The notes beneath the pieces were generated by a model, which saw only the letters and a list, made by a program, of their open reading frames with translations, was not told where the DNA came from and made no database searches. A DNA stretch of 64,000 nucleotides from Candidatus Fervidifonticultor secundus (lineage in GTDB: Bacteria > Sysuimicrobiota > Sysuimicrobiia > Sysuimicrobiales > Humicultoraceae): contig JAVKIP010000007.1 in NCBI GenBank assembly GCA_031459385.1, forward strand, positions 89,387 to 153,386, given 5' to 3'. Shown here one piece after another: positions 31,794 to 40,967 of this stretch. The position numbers and the translations under genes are program-made. Each line of letters begins with the position of its first letter. Position 1 is the first letter of the stretch.

Positions 31794-32602
31794 TCGGGCC
31801 CGTGCGTCAGGGCGCCCTGGACGCGGCCGTGGCCCGGCTGCGGAAGGCCCGCGCGGCCGTGGCGTTCACCGGCGCGGGCATCAGCACGGCGTCGGGGCTC
31901 CCCGACTTCCGCTCGCCCCAGGGCCTGTGGGCCACGGTCGACCCCGCCACCGTCGCCTCGCGCTCCGCCTTCGAACGCGACCCCCGGCGGTTCTACCAGT
32001 TCTACCGCGAGCGCCTCGACCGGCTCCGTCATGCCGCCCCCAACGCCGCCCACCACGCCATTGCGGCGCTCGAGCGCGCCGGCCGGCTGCGCGGGGTGAT
32101 CACGCAGAACGTCGACGGTCTGCACCAGGCCGCCGGCTCCCGGCGGGTGATCGAACTGCACGGCAACCTGCGGGAAGCGGTCTGCCCGCGCTGCGAGGAG
32201 CTGTGGCCCATCGCCGTGGTGGTCGAGGCGCTGGCGCAGGACCGGGTGCCGCTGTGCCAGCGGTGCGGCGCGGTGCTCAAGCCCAACGTCGTGCTGTTCG
32301 AGGACCTGCTCCCCGCGCGCGCGTGGCAGGCGGCGGCCGCGCTGGCCCGGGCGGCGGATGTGATGCTCGTCGTGGGGTCGTCGCTCCAGGTGACCCCCGC
32401 GGCCTACCTTCCCCAGGACACCCTGGATGCCGGCGGCGTGCTGGTGATCGTGAACCGCGAGCCCACGCCCTACGACGATCGCGCGGCGGTCGTCCTTCGC
32501 GCCGACGCGGCCCTGGTGTTGCCCGCGATCGCGGCCGCGCTCGGCGCCTGGGAGGACCGCTGCGACGCGCCGCCGAATCACTTCCCACAGCCAGAGGAGT
32601 AG
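31790..32602 (+). CDS. cobB: NAD-dependent protein deacylase (sirtuin)
   Basis: TGAGISTASGLPDFRS, TQNVDGLHQAAG, ELHG, CxxC...CxxC, VGSSLQV. Confidence 0.93.
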   Translation: MIGPVRQGALDAAVARLRKARAAVAFTGAGISTASGLPDFRSPQGLWATVDPATVASRSAFERDPRRFYQFYRERLDRLRHAAPNAAHHAIAALERAGRLRGVITQNVDGLHQAAGSRRVIELHGNLREAVCPRCEELWPIAVVVEALAQDRVPLCQRCGAVLKPNVVLFEDLLPARAWQAAAALARAADVMLVVGSSLQVTPAAYLPQDTLDAGGVLVIVNREPTPYDDRAAVVLRADAALVLPAIAAALGAWEDRCDAPPNHFPQPEE

Positions 32603-32661
32603 ACCCCGCGGCCCGGCGACGCCGGGCCGATTCGTGTGTGGCGGCGCGAGGTGGTCACGGC

Positions 32662-33459
32662 ATGGTCCAGGCGGAGATCGGCGTGTTCGGCGGCTCGGGA
32701 TTCTACGCGCTGCTGGACGACGCGCAGGAGATCACCGTCGAGACGCCCTACGGCCCGCCCAGCGACACGATCACCGTGGGCGAGATCGCGGGGCGGAGGG
32801 TCGCATTTCTCCCGCGGCACGGGCGGCGACACCAGTATCCGCCCCACGCCATCAACTACCGCGCCAACGTGGCCGCGATGAAGCAGCTGGGGGTCACGCG
32901 CCTGCTGGGACCGTGCGCGGCGGGCAGCCTGCAGCCCCATGTGCGTCCGGGGGAGTTCGTGCTGTGCGACCAGGTCGTGGACCGCACCGCCGGCCGGAAG
33001 GACACGTTCTACGACGGCCCTGAGACGGTCCACGTGAGCCTGGCCGATCCGTACTGCCCGCAGCTCCGCCAGGTCGCCTGGGAGGCGGCGCAGCGCCTGG
33101 CCGTGCCGGTGCACCGCAGAGGCACCGTGGTGGTCATCCAGGGGCCGCGCTTCTCCACGCGCGCCGAGAGCCGCTGGTTTCGCGCCGCCGGCTGGGAGGT
33201 CATCAACATGACCCAGTACCCCGAGGTGGTGCTGGCGCGCGAGCTGGAGCTGTGCTATCTGAACATCTCCCTGATCACCGACTACGACGTGGGGGTCGAG
33301 GGCGATCCGACCGCGAGGCCCGTCACGGCCGAAGAGGTGCTCAAGGCGTTCGCGGCCAACCTCGGCCGCCTGCGCGAGCTGCTGGGCGCCATCATCGCGG
33401 CGATCCCCGCGGAGCGCACGTGCCCCTGCGGGCGGGCCCTGTCCGGCGCGCGCGGGTAG
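32662..33459 (+). CDS. mtnP: S-methyl-5'-thioadenosine phosphorylase
   Basis: IGVFGGSG, TPYGPPS, FLPRHG, INYRAN, GPRFSTRAES, NMT, TDYD. Confidence 0.93.
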   Translation: MVQAEIGVFGGSGFYALLDDAQEITVETPYGPPSDTITVGEIAGRRVAFLPRHGRRHQYPPHAINYRANVAAMKQLGVTRLLGPCAAGSLQPHVRPGEFVLCDQVVDRTAGRKDTFYDGPETVHVSLADPYCPQLRQVAWEAAQRLAVPVHRRGTVVVIQGPRFSTRAESRWFRAAGWEVINMTQYPEVVLARELELCYLNISLITDYDVGVEGDPTARPVTAEEVLKAFAANLGRLRELLGAIIAAIPAERTCPCGRALSGARG

Positions 33460-33529
33460 CGCCGGGTCCGGGCGCTGCGGGGCGAGGCGTGCGGGACGGG
33501 CTGCGGCAGAGGACGCGAGGAAGGCAGGG

Positions 33530-33823
33530 ATGCAGATGCGACGATCCACCGACGACCCGTCGGGCAAGTGGATGGGCCTGGCCGTGTTCCTGCTGGGCGT
33601 GGTGTTCCTGACGATCGTCTTCATCATGGCGTACCGGGACGTGGTGGCCTCCGGGGTGCTGGGCAGGGTGGCCGCCGCCGGGCCGACGCCCGAGCCTGGC
33701 CCTGCCCTGGTGGCCCTGGCGATCAAGGGCGTCCTGCTGGTCGTCATGGCCGTCGCCGGCGGGGCGCTGGCCAACCGGGGCATCGGCCTGTACGCGGCCG
33801 CGCGTGGGTCCGATGAAAGCTGA
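33530..33823 (+). CDS. Small two-TM membrane protein
   Basis: Two hydrophobic helices; overlaps the ltaE start. Confidence 0.65.
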   Translation: MQMRRSTDDPSGKWMGLAVFLLGVVFLTIVFIMAYRDVVASGVLGRVAAAGPTPEPGPALVALAIKGVLLVVMAVAGGALANRGIGLYAAARGSDES

Positions 33824-34877
33824 GCTCTCCCGCTCGCAGGTGGCCGCGGGGCACGTCATCGACCTCCGCAGCGACACCGTCACCCAGCCGACGGACGCGA
33901 TGCGCGAGGCCATGGCCCGGGCCGAGGTCGGCGACGACGTGTACGGCGAGGACCCCACCGTCAACGCGCTGGAGGCGCTGGCAGCCTCGCGCACGGGCAA
34001 GGCCGCTGCGGTGTTCCTGCCCACGGCGACGATGGCCAACGCCGTGGCCGTGCTGAGCCAGACGCAGAGGGGGGACGAGGTGATCGTCGAGGCCGAGTCC
34101 CACCTCTACAACATGGAGGCGGGGGGCCTGAGCGCGCTGGCCGGCGCGATCCCGCGGCCGGTGGTCACGGAGCAGGGCGTCATCAGGGTCGCGCAGCTCG
34201 AGGCCGCGCTGCGCCCGCCCGACCCCCACCACGCGCCAGCCCGGCTGGTCGCGCTGGAGAACACCCACAACCGCCACGGCGGGACCGTCGCCACGCCCGA
34301 GGAGACCGACGACCTGGGGGCTGCGGCGCACCGCGCGGGGCTGCGGTTCCACCTGGACGGCGCGCGCCTGTTCAACGCGGCGGTCGCGCTGGGCGTGCGG
34401 GCCGCGCGGCTGGCCGCCGCCGCCGACACCGTCACGCTGTGCCTGTCCAAAGGGCTCTCGGCGCCCGCCGGCGCGCTGCTGTGCGGCGACGCCGAAGTCA
34501 TCGCCGTGGCCCGGCGCTTCCGCAAGATGCTGGGCGGGGGCATGCGCCAGGCCGGGGTCCTCGCCGCCGCGGGCATCGTGGCCCTGGAACAGATGGTCGA
34601 CCGGCTGGCCGACGATCACCGCACAGCCCGGGCGCTGGCCGAGGCGCTGGCGTCGGTCCCTGGCGTGGCCGTCGAGCTGCACCGGGTGCAGACCAACATC
34701 GTCCGCATCGAGGTGCCCGGGCGCGATGCGCGCCAGGTAGCCGCCCGGCTGCGCGAGCTGGGCGTGCGGGCCAGCGTGATCGGCGCCGCGCGCCTGCGGC
34801 TCGTGACCCACCGGCACGTGGGCCCCGACGACGTGCCGGTGGTGCGCGAGGCATTCCGTGCCGCGCTCGGGGGTTGA
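33813..34877 (+). CDS. ltaE: Low-specificity L-threonine aldolase
   Basis: IDLRSDTVT, GDDVYGEDPT, LENTHN, HLDGARLFNA, CLSKGL, GGGMRQAG. Confidence 0.94.
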   Translation: MKAELSRSQVAAGHVIDLRSDTVTQPTDAMREAMARAEVGDDVYGEDPTVNALEALAASRTGKAAAVFLPTATMANAVAVLSQTQRGDEVIVEAESHLYNMEAGGLSALAGAIPRPVVTEQGVIRVAQLEAALRPPDPHHAPARLVALENTHNRHGGTVATPEETDDLGAAAHRAGLRFHLDGARLFNAAVALGVRAARLAAAADTVTLCLSKGLSAPAGALLCGDAEVIAVARRFRKMLGGGMRQAGVLAAAGIVALEQMVDRLADDHRTARALAEALASVPGVAVELHRVQTNIVRIEVPGRDARQVAARLRELGVRASVIGAARLRLVTHRHVGPDDVPVVREAFRAALGG

Positions 34878-34958
34878 TGACTACGCCGGCGCGCCGCTGG
34901 GCATCTGCTCTTCGAGGGTCGTGCCGCCGCGCTTGGCCAGCCGCGCCTGGCCAAAAGA

Positions 34959-34983
34959 AGGAGATCGCGGCGCGGTCGCGAAT
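34959..34983 (+). promoter_or_regulatory. Sigma-H-like promoter AGGA-N17-GAAT
   Basis: GAAGGA gatcgcggcgcggtcgc GAATAT upstream of the micropeptide ORF. Confidence 0.5.
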
Positions 34984-35039
34984 ATACGCGCGCGAAGACG
35001 GGCGACCGTCACGCGCGCGTTCGAAAGGAGGCGACCTCG

Positions 35040-35084
35040 ATGGCCAAGAAGGCGAAGAAGGCGGCCAAGAAGAAGGGCAAGTAG
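35040..35084 (+). CDS. 14-aa lysine-rich micropeptide MAKKAKKAAKKKGK
   Basis: SD AAAGGAGG at 35024-35031, ATG, all Lys codons AAG, own promoter candidate and terminator. Confidence 0.7.
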   Translation: MAKKAKKAAKKKGK

Positions 35085-35109
35085 CTCGCTGGCTGCCTTG
35101 CGGATGGGC

Positions 35110-35150
35110 AAGGGAGCACTGCAGGCGCGGTGCTCTCTTCTTTATTGTTT
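35110..35150 (+). terminator. Intrinsic terminator after the micropeptide (convergent with mlaD)
   Basis: 13-bp stem AAGGGAGCACTGC/GCGGTGCTCTCTT, loop AGGC, T-rich tail. Confidence 0.8.
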
Positions 35151-35158
35151 GGGCGCGC

Positions 35159-36520
35159 TCAGAACCGGCGAAAGTACCCTAGCCCCAGGGTCGGCGACTG
35201 CAGGAGGTCGGTGGCGCGCAGGGTGATGCCGTAGTCGCGGTGGAGGAAGTAGGACGCGTAGAGGTTCAGGGTGAGGCGGTTGAGGTTGGAGAGGTCCAGG
35301 GAGTACACGGGGCCCGGCGGTGTCCCGTAGTCGACGCCAGCGCCGAGCTGCGAGTCCACCAGGCCGTAGCGCAGGAAGACCGGCGGGCGCTGCAGCCACT
35401 GCCCGACCTGCAGCCCGATCCGGTTCTCCATGCCCACGTCCCGCCAGGTGAAGATGTAGCGCCGCGGCGCGTCGGGGAGCAACGTGAACATGACGTCGTG
35501 GCCCAGCCGCGTCGTGTACCACAGCTCGTACTGGAGGCGGTAGCTGGTGCGCAGGTCGGGCAGCTCCAGCCGCTCCGGTACCACCCGGTTCACGCGCTCG
35601 ACGACCCGGTCGGCCCGCTGGATCAGCGCCCGGGCTTCCCCCACCGCCTGGCGCGCTTCGGTGACCGCCGCCTGCGCCTCGCCCAGCGCCACACGCACCT
35701 GCCGGATCTGCGGCTCGTTGATGACGCCCTGCAGGTCCCTGACCATGCGGTCGATGCCCTGCGCCGCGCGCTGCACGGCGGCCACCGTCTCGCGCACCTG
35801 CTGCGCGGTCTGGCCCCCCGCGGCCACGTCCGCCACCAGTGCCCGCATGTCGTGGGCCGCGGCGGCCAGGTCGTCGGCGGTGGCCCGCACGCCGGCCATC
35901 ACGGCGGGCACGTCTTGCCCGGCCATGCGCTCCAGGGTGCGCGTCATGCGGTCCACGGTGTCGGCGACCCGGCGCATGACCGCGGTCGCCTCGCGGGTGT
36001 TGCGCACCGCCTCGGCCAGCGCCTGGCCCAGCTCCGGATCGCCGATCAGCCGGTTGACGTGCCCGAGAGCGTCTTCCGCCTGGCGCGCGACGGCGATGAC
36101 TCGGGTGATGACGTCCTCGACCGTGAACGGGTCCAGCCCCTGGACGACGCTCTCGGGCGGCAGCGGTGGCGCAGTGGGCAACCCGGGCGAGATGGTGACG
36201 AACCGCTCGCCCAGCAGGCCCGTGGTGGCGATGGCGAAACGCGAACCCTGCGGGATGGCGAACCGGGACCGGATGCGCAGGACGAGCTCGGCCTGGCCCG
36301 ACGGCGTGAGCCCGATGGTGCGCACCTCCCCGATCTGCACCCCTGCCATCTGGACCGGCGCGCCCTCGACCATGCCGCCGGCGTTGCCGACCCGTAGGCG
36401 GATCACGTAACGGGGCTCGAACAGCTCGGTCACGCCCCCGCTCAGGAAGACCACGGCGCCCAGCAGCGCCGCCACGAAGAGGACGACGGCCACGAGCCCG
36501 ACTCTGGCTTCAGTGGTCAT
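35159..36520 (-). CDS. mlaD: MlaD/MCE protein with long coiled coil and beta-rich C-terminus
   Basis: MTTEARVG TM anchor, AGGMVEGAPVQMAGVQIGEV, GLLGERFVTI; ends LGLGYFRRF. Confidence 0.88.
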   Translation of the reverse strand: MTTEARVGLVAVVLFVAALLGAVVFLSGGVTELFEPRYVIRLRVGNAGGMVEGAPVQMAGVQIGEVRTIGLTPSGQAELVLRIRSRFAIPQGSRFAIATTGLLGERFVTISPGLPTAPPLPPESVVQGLDPFTVEDVITRVIAVARQAEDALGHVNRLIGDPELGQALAEAVRNTREATAVMRRVADTVDRMTRTLERMAGQDVPAVMAGVRATADDLAAAAHDMRALVADVAAGGQTAQQVRETVAAVQRAAQGIDRMVRDLQGVINEPQIRQVRVALGEAQAAVTEARQAVGEARALIQRADRVVERVNRVVPERLELPDLRTSYRLQYELWYTTRLGHDVMFTLLPDAPRRYIFTWRDVGMENRIGLQVGQWLQRPPVFLRYGLVDSQLGAGVDYGTPPGPVYSLDLSNLNRLTLNLYASYFLHRDYGITLRATDLLQSPTLGLGYFRRF

Positions 36521-37308
36521 GTGCGCACGACCTCGGCGCCCGACATGAGGAACCCCCGCACAACCGGATGGGACGACGCGCGGATCGCCGCGGGCGTGCC
36601 GGCGGCGATCAGGCGGCCGGCGTCCATCACAGCCAGCCTGTCGGCCAGCCGGAACGCGCTGGCCAGGTCGTGGGTGACGACGACGGCCGTGGTCCCCAGC
36701 TCGGCCCGCAGGCGCAGGATCAGCTCGTCGACGGCGCGGGCCGTGACCGGGTCCAGGCCGCCGGTGGGCTCGTCGTAGAGCAGGAGATCCGGCGCCAGCG
36801 CCAGCGCCCGGGCGATGCCCACGCGCTTGCGCATGCCCCCCGACAGCTGCGCGGGCATCAGCGACTCGGCGCCCGCGAGTCCGACCAGGGCCAGCAGCTC
36901 GCTGACCCGGGCGTCGACGGCGCGCGGGCTCATCCGGCGGTGGCGGCGGAGGGGGAAGGCCACGTTCTGCGCCACGGTCATCGAGTCGAACAGCGCGGCC
37001 GACTGGAAAACCACGCCCACCTGCAGGCGCAACGCGTTCAGCTCCTCCTCGGGCAGGGTGTGCACGGGCTGGCCGAAGACATAGACCAGGCCGCGGTCGG
37101 GCCGCAGCAGCCCCACCAGGTGCTTGAGGAGCACGCTCTTGCCACACCCGCTGGGGCCCATGATGACCTGCACCTGGCCCCGCGCCACCTCCAGGGTGAC
37201 GCCGGCCAGCGCCTGCGTGGCCCCGAATGCTTTCCAGACGTCCTGCACGCGCACCACCACGTCGCCGTCGGCGGGCTGTGGTGGCGTCGCGGGAGCCGCG
37301 CCGGCCAT
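36517..37308 (-). CDS. mlaF: MlaF-type ABC ATPase
   Basis: GPSGCGKS, VFQSAALFDSMTV, LSGGMRKRVGIARA, YDEPT, VTHD. Confidence 0.92.
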   Translation of the reverse strand: MAGAAPATPPQPADGDVVVRVQDVWKAFGATQALAGVTLEVARGQVQVIMGPSGCGKSVLLKHLVGLLRPDRGLVYVFGQPVHTLPEEELNALRLQVGVVFQSAALFDSMTVAQNVAFPLRRHRRMSPRAVDARVSELLALVGLAGAESLMPAQLSGGMRKRVGIARALALAPDLLLYDEPTGGLDPVTARAVDELILRLRAELGTTAVVVTHDLASAFRLADRLAVMDAGRLIAAGTPAAIRASSHPVVRGFLMSGAEVVRT

Positions 37309-37310
37309 CG

Positions 37311-38117
37311 CTACCTCACCTGGAAGAGGAGCTGGTTCAGGAAGTAGTTGACGGCCATGATCAGCACGATGGCGCTCACGACCGCGCCGGTGGCCGCGCG
37401 CCCCACCCCTTCCGCGCCGCCGCTGGCGTGCAGCCCGCGATACGCGCCCACGGCGGCGATGATGAGCCCGAAGAAGACCGCCTTCAGCAGGCCCGCGTAG
37501 AGATCCCACGTCCAGGTGAACTGCCGCAGCGAGGCCCAGAACGACCCGGCCGGCACGCCGGCGGCCACCGCCACGAACGAGCCCCCGACGGCGCCCACGA
37601 CCTCCGCGAACATCGTCAGCACGGGCAGGGCCACCGCAGCGGCCAGCAGCCGGGGCACCACCAGGAAGCGCACCGGGTCCGTGGCGAGCACCCGCAGCGC
37701 GTCCACCTGCTCGGTCACGGTCATCGTGCCCAGCTCGGCCGCGATCCCCGCGCCCACCCGGCCCGCCGTGACCATGGCCGTGAAGACCGGGCCGGCCTCT
37801 CGCGCCAGCGAGACGCCCACCAGGCCGCCCACGAAGCCCTGCGCCCCGAACTTGCGGAACACGCCCGCGGTCTGGTAGGCCAGGACCATGCCGGCGAACA
37901 GCCCGGTGACCAGCACGATGAAGATCGAGTCCCAGCCGATGCGTTTCAGCTGGACGATCGTCTCGCCGAGCTCCAGGTGGCCCCGCCGCACCCAGCGGAA
38001 GGCCTGCACCAGCATCCCTGCGGCGCGGCCGGTGTCGGCGAGCACCGCCAGGACCGCCCGGCCGGCGGCGGCCAGCCCCCCGGCCGACGGCTCGCGCGCG
38101 AGCGCCCCGTTGCTCAT
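37311..38117 (-). CDS. mlaE: MlaE-type ABC permease
   Basis: REAGPV, AGRVGAGIAAELGTMTVTEQVDAL, LVVPR, GAEGVGRA. Confidence 0.93.
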   Translation of the reverse strand: MSNGALAREPSAGGLAAAGRAVLAVLADTGRAAGMLVQAFRWVRRGHLELGETIVQLKRIGWDSIFIVLVTGLFAGMVLAYQTAGVFRKFGAQGFVGGLVGVSLAREAGPVFTAMVTAGRVGAGIAAELGTMTVTEQVDALRVLATDPVRFLVVPRLLAAAVALPVLTMFAEVVGAVGGSFVAVAAGVPAGSFWASLRQFTWTWDLYAGLLKAVFFGLIIAAVGAYRGLHASGGAEGVGRAATGAVVSAIVLIMAVNYFLNQLLFQVR

Positions 38118-38174
38118 CGCCTGACTCTCTTCGGTGCGGCCGCAGGCCGATCCCTCTGCGGCGGCCGCACCGCG

Positions 38175-38203
38175 TTGACGCCGCCCCCCGCCGATGCTAT
38201 ACT
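38175..38203 (+). promoter_or_regulatory. Sigma70 promoter of infC-rpmI-rplT
   Basis: TTGACG-N17-TATACT with extended TG. Confidence 0.75.
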
Positions 38204-38209
38204 CCGCCC

Positions 38210-38370
38210 GGTTGTGCGGCCCTAAGAAGAAGCCATCCGCTTCTCACCCGAGCGCCCCCAGGGTGCGCCTCGGGTGGCCGCAGTGCGAAGGGTTCCTGCG
38301 GGGATGGCGTGGGCCGTCCCCGCTTGAATTTCCACCGTCCGGCCGGGGTGCCGGCGGGTGGCCGGGAGGG
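38210..38370 (+). promoter_or_regulatory. Structured infC leader (probable L20 leader)
   Basis: TAAGAAGAAGCCATCCGCTTCTCACCCGAG...CTCGGGTGG stems upstream of infC. Confidence 0.55.
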
Positions 38371-38378
38371 CGACAGGC

Positions 38379-38891
38379 ATCGACCGCGAGATACGGGTCA
38401 ACGAGCGCATCCGCGCACGCGAGGTACGGCTGATCGGGCCCCACGGTGAGCAGCTGGGAATCCTGCCGACGCGCGATGCCCTGGCGAAGGCGCAGGAACA
38501 CAATCTGGACCTCGTGGAGGTCGCGCCAACCGCCACCCCGCCCGTCTGCAAGATCATGGACTTCGGCCGGTACAAGTACGAGCAGAGCAAGCGCGAGCGC
38601 GACGCGCATCGCAAGGCCAAGGGCGGCGACCTCAAGGGTATGCGTATGAGCCCCAAGATCGGGGAGCACGACTTCCGGGTCAAGGTCCGCCAGGTGCACG
38701 AGTTCCTCCGGGAGGGCCACAAGGTGCGGGTGGCCATGTGGTTCCGGGGCCGGGAGATGGCGCACCCCAAGGTGGGCGAGGACCTGCTGCGGCGCCTCGC
38801 CGAGCAGGTGGGCGACGTGGGGGCCGTCGAGCGCATGCCCATGCTGGAAGGGCGCAACATGATCATGATCCTCACCCCGAAGAAGGCGTGA
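38379..38891 (+). CDS. infC: Translation initiation factor IF-3 (likely ATC start)
   Basis: IRVNERIRAREVRLIG, PPVCKIMDFGRYKYE, FRGREMAH; GGAGG 9 nt before ATC. Confidence 0.96.
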   Translation: MDREIRVNERIRAREVRLIGPHGEQLGILPTRDALAKAQEHNLDLVEVAPTATPPVCKIMDFGRYKYEQSKRERDAHRKAKGGDLKGMRMSPKIGEHDFRVKVRQVHEFLREGHKVRVAMWFRGREMAHPKVGEDLLRRLAEQVGDVGAVERMPMLEGRNMIMILTPKKA

Positions 38892-38913
38892 GGCATCACG
38901 CAGGAGCAGCGCA

Positions 38914-39111
38914 GTGGCGAAGGTCAAGACCCACCAGGGGACGGTCAAGCGCATCGGCACCACCGGCACGGGGAAGCTGACGCGGGGCCGCCAGCACGGC
39001 GGGCACCTGAAAGTGAAGAAGCGTCCCAAGCGGAAGCGGTCGCTGCGCGAGCGCCGGCTGGTGCACGCTGCCGATGCGGCCCGGGTGCGCCGGCTGCTGC
39101 CGGGCACATGA
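38914..39111 (+). CDS. rpmI: 50S ribosomal protein L35
   Basis: KVKTHQGTVKR...TGTGKL; position between infC and rplT. Confidence 0.93.
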   Translation: MAKVKTHQGTVKRIGTTGTGKLTRGRQHGGHLKVKKRPKRKRSLRERRLVHAADAARVRRLLPGT

Positions 39112-39177
39112 CGCGCAGCGCTGCAGGGTGCACCACCGCACCACACGTCGGGGAACGCGCGCGAGGGTGAGACGACG

Positions 39178-39537
39178 ATGGCACGGGTGAAGCGCGGCGT
39201 CACCGTTCGGCGACGCCACATCAAGGTTCTGAAGCTGGCCAGAGGATATCGGGGGGCCAAGAGCCGCTGGTACAAGCTGGCCAAGCAGTACACGACCCGC
39301 GCGCTGGCCCGGGCCCGCGTCGATCGGCGGTTGCGCAAGCGCGAGTTCCGCGGCCTGTGGATCGTGCGCATCAACGCCGCCGCGCGGGCGCAGGGCCTCT
39401 CGTACAGCCGGCTCATCAGCGGGCTGCGCCGAGCCGGCGTGGCGGTCAACCGGAAGGTTCTGGCCGAGCTCGCGGTCCGCGACCAGGCGGCCTTCGACGC
39501 CCTGGTCGCCCAGGCGAAAGCCCACCTGGACGGGTAG
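39178..39537 (+). CDS. rplT: 50S ribosomal protein L20
   Basis: [33 protein letters not shown]. Confidence 0.97.
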   Translation: MARVKRGVTVRRRHIKVLKLARGYRGAKSRWYKLAKQYTTRALARARVDRRLRKREFRGLWIVRINAAARAQGLSYSRLISGLRRAGVAVNRKVLAELAVRDQAAFDALVAQAKAHLDG

Positions 39538-39578
39538 CACGCCCGGGTGGAGCGCCCCGGCGCTCCGGTGACCGGCGG

Positions 39579-40931
39579 ATGGCGCGAGCTCTCCCGGTAC
39601 CCCAGCGGTGGCAGCTGCTGCGCTTCACGCTGAGCCCGGCGCAGTCGCTCCTGGCAGGGTTCGCCGCCGTCATCGTGCTGGGCGGCGTGCTGTTGAGCCT
39701 GCCCGTCGCCTCCGAGACGGGCCAGCCCACCCCGTTCCTCACGGCGCTGTTCACCGCCAACTCGGCGGTCTGCGTGACCGGGCTCGTGGTGGTGGACACG
39801 GCCGACCATTACTCGACCTTCGGCGAACTGGTGATCCTTGCGCTGATCCAGATCGGGGGGTTCGGGTACATGACCTCGTGGGCCCTGCTGGCGCTGCTGC
39901 TCGGGTGGCGCATCGGACTCCGGGAGCGGATCGTCCTCACCGAGGCCCACGGGCTGTACCGGGTGGGCGGCGTTGTGCGCTTCACGCGCCGCATCGTGGC
40001 CCTGGCCCTGATCGTGGAGGCCGTGGGAGCGGCGCTCTTGACCCTGCGCTTTGCCGCAGAGATGCCGCTCGGCCGGGCGGCCTACCTGGGCGTCTTCCAC
40101 AGCATCTCGGCCTTCAACAACGCCGGCTTCGACCTCATGGGCGGCTTCCGCAGCCTGACCGCCTACGTCGCCGACCCGGCGGTCTCGCTGCTGGTGGCGG
40201 CGCTCGTCATCACCGGCGGCCTGGGGTTCGTGGTGCTCTTCGACCTGCTGGGCCGGCGGCTGTCGTTCCACTCGAGGGCCGTGCTGGTCACCACCGCCGC
40301 GCTGCTCGGCGGCGGGACGCTCGCGATCCTGGGGCTGGAGTACGCCAACGCCAGGACGCTCGGTGCCCTGCCCTGGCCGGCCAGGGTGCTGGCGGCGTTC
40401 TTCCAGGCAGTGACCCCGCGCACGGCGGGGTTCAACACGGTGGAGATGGGCGCCCTGACGCAGCCGACCCTGATGCTGCTGGTGGCGCTGATGTTCATCG
40501 GTGCCTCGCCGGGCGGCACCGGCGGTGGCATCAAGACCACCACGTTCCTGACGCCGCTCGCCGTGATCGTCAGCACGATCCGCGGCTCACCCGAGCCCGT
40601 GCTGTTTCGACGGCGCCTGCCGGCGTTCGTCATCCACAAGGCCGTGACCATTGCGTTCCTGGCCGTGGCGTTCGTCTTCACCATGACCGTGCTGCTCACG
40701 CGCGTAGAGGGGGCCGACCTGCTGCCCAGCCTCTTCGAGGTGACCTCGGCCTTCGGCACCGTCGGGCTGAGCACCGGGCTGACGCCCCGGCTGTCGGCGC
40801 TGGGCCGCGTTATCATCATGGTGACCATGTTCACCGGCCGCGTGGGCCTGCTGACGCTGGCCTTCGGCCTGACGCGCCGGGAACGGCCGGTCCGGATCCG
40901 CTATCCTGAAGAGCGGCTCTACATCGGCTAG
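39579..40931 (+). CDS. ktrB: Ktr/Trk potassium uptake membrane subunit
   Basis: SAVCVTGL, SAFNNAGF, PRTAGFN, GGGIKTTT, SAFGTVGLSTG. Confidence 0.92.
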   Translation: MARALPVPQRWQLLRFTLSPAQSLLAGFAAVIVLGGVLLSLPVASETGQPTPFLTALFTANSAVCVTGLVVVDTADHYSTFGELVILALIQIGGFGYMTSWALLALLLGWRIGLRERIVLTEAHGLYRVGGVVRFTRRIVALALIVEAVGAALLTLRFAAEMPLGRAAYLGVFHSISAFNNAGFDLMGGFRSLTAYVADPAVSLLVAALVITGGLGFVVLFDLLGRRLSFHSRAVLVTTAALLGGGTLAILGLEYANARTLGALPWPARVLAAFFQAVTPRTAGFNTVEMGALTQPTLMLLVALMFIGASPGGTGGGIKTTTFLTPLAVIVSTIRGSPEPVLFRRRLPAFVIHKAVTIAFLAVAFVFTMTVLLTRVEGADLLPSLFEVTSAFGTVGLSTGLTPRLSALGRVIIMVTMFTGRVGLLTLAFGLTRRERPVRIRYPEERLYIG

Positions 40932-40967
40932 CCGGCGTGGAGGCCGGCACTGGCGCAGGAGAGGACC

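Noticed and set aside
31790..32602. Sir2 protein as an anti-phage effector
   Set aside because: Canonical zinc-binding CobB-type deacylase in a metabolic context
35040..35084. Lys-rich ORF as a lysine attenuator leader
   Set aside because: No same-strand gene lies downstream; the next gene (mlaD) is convergent
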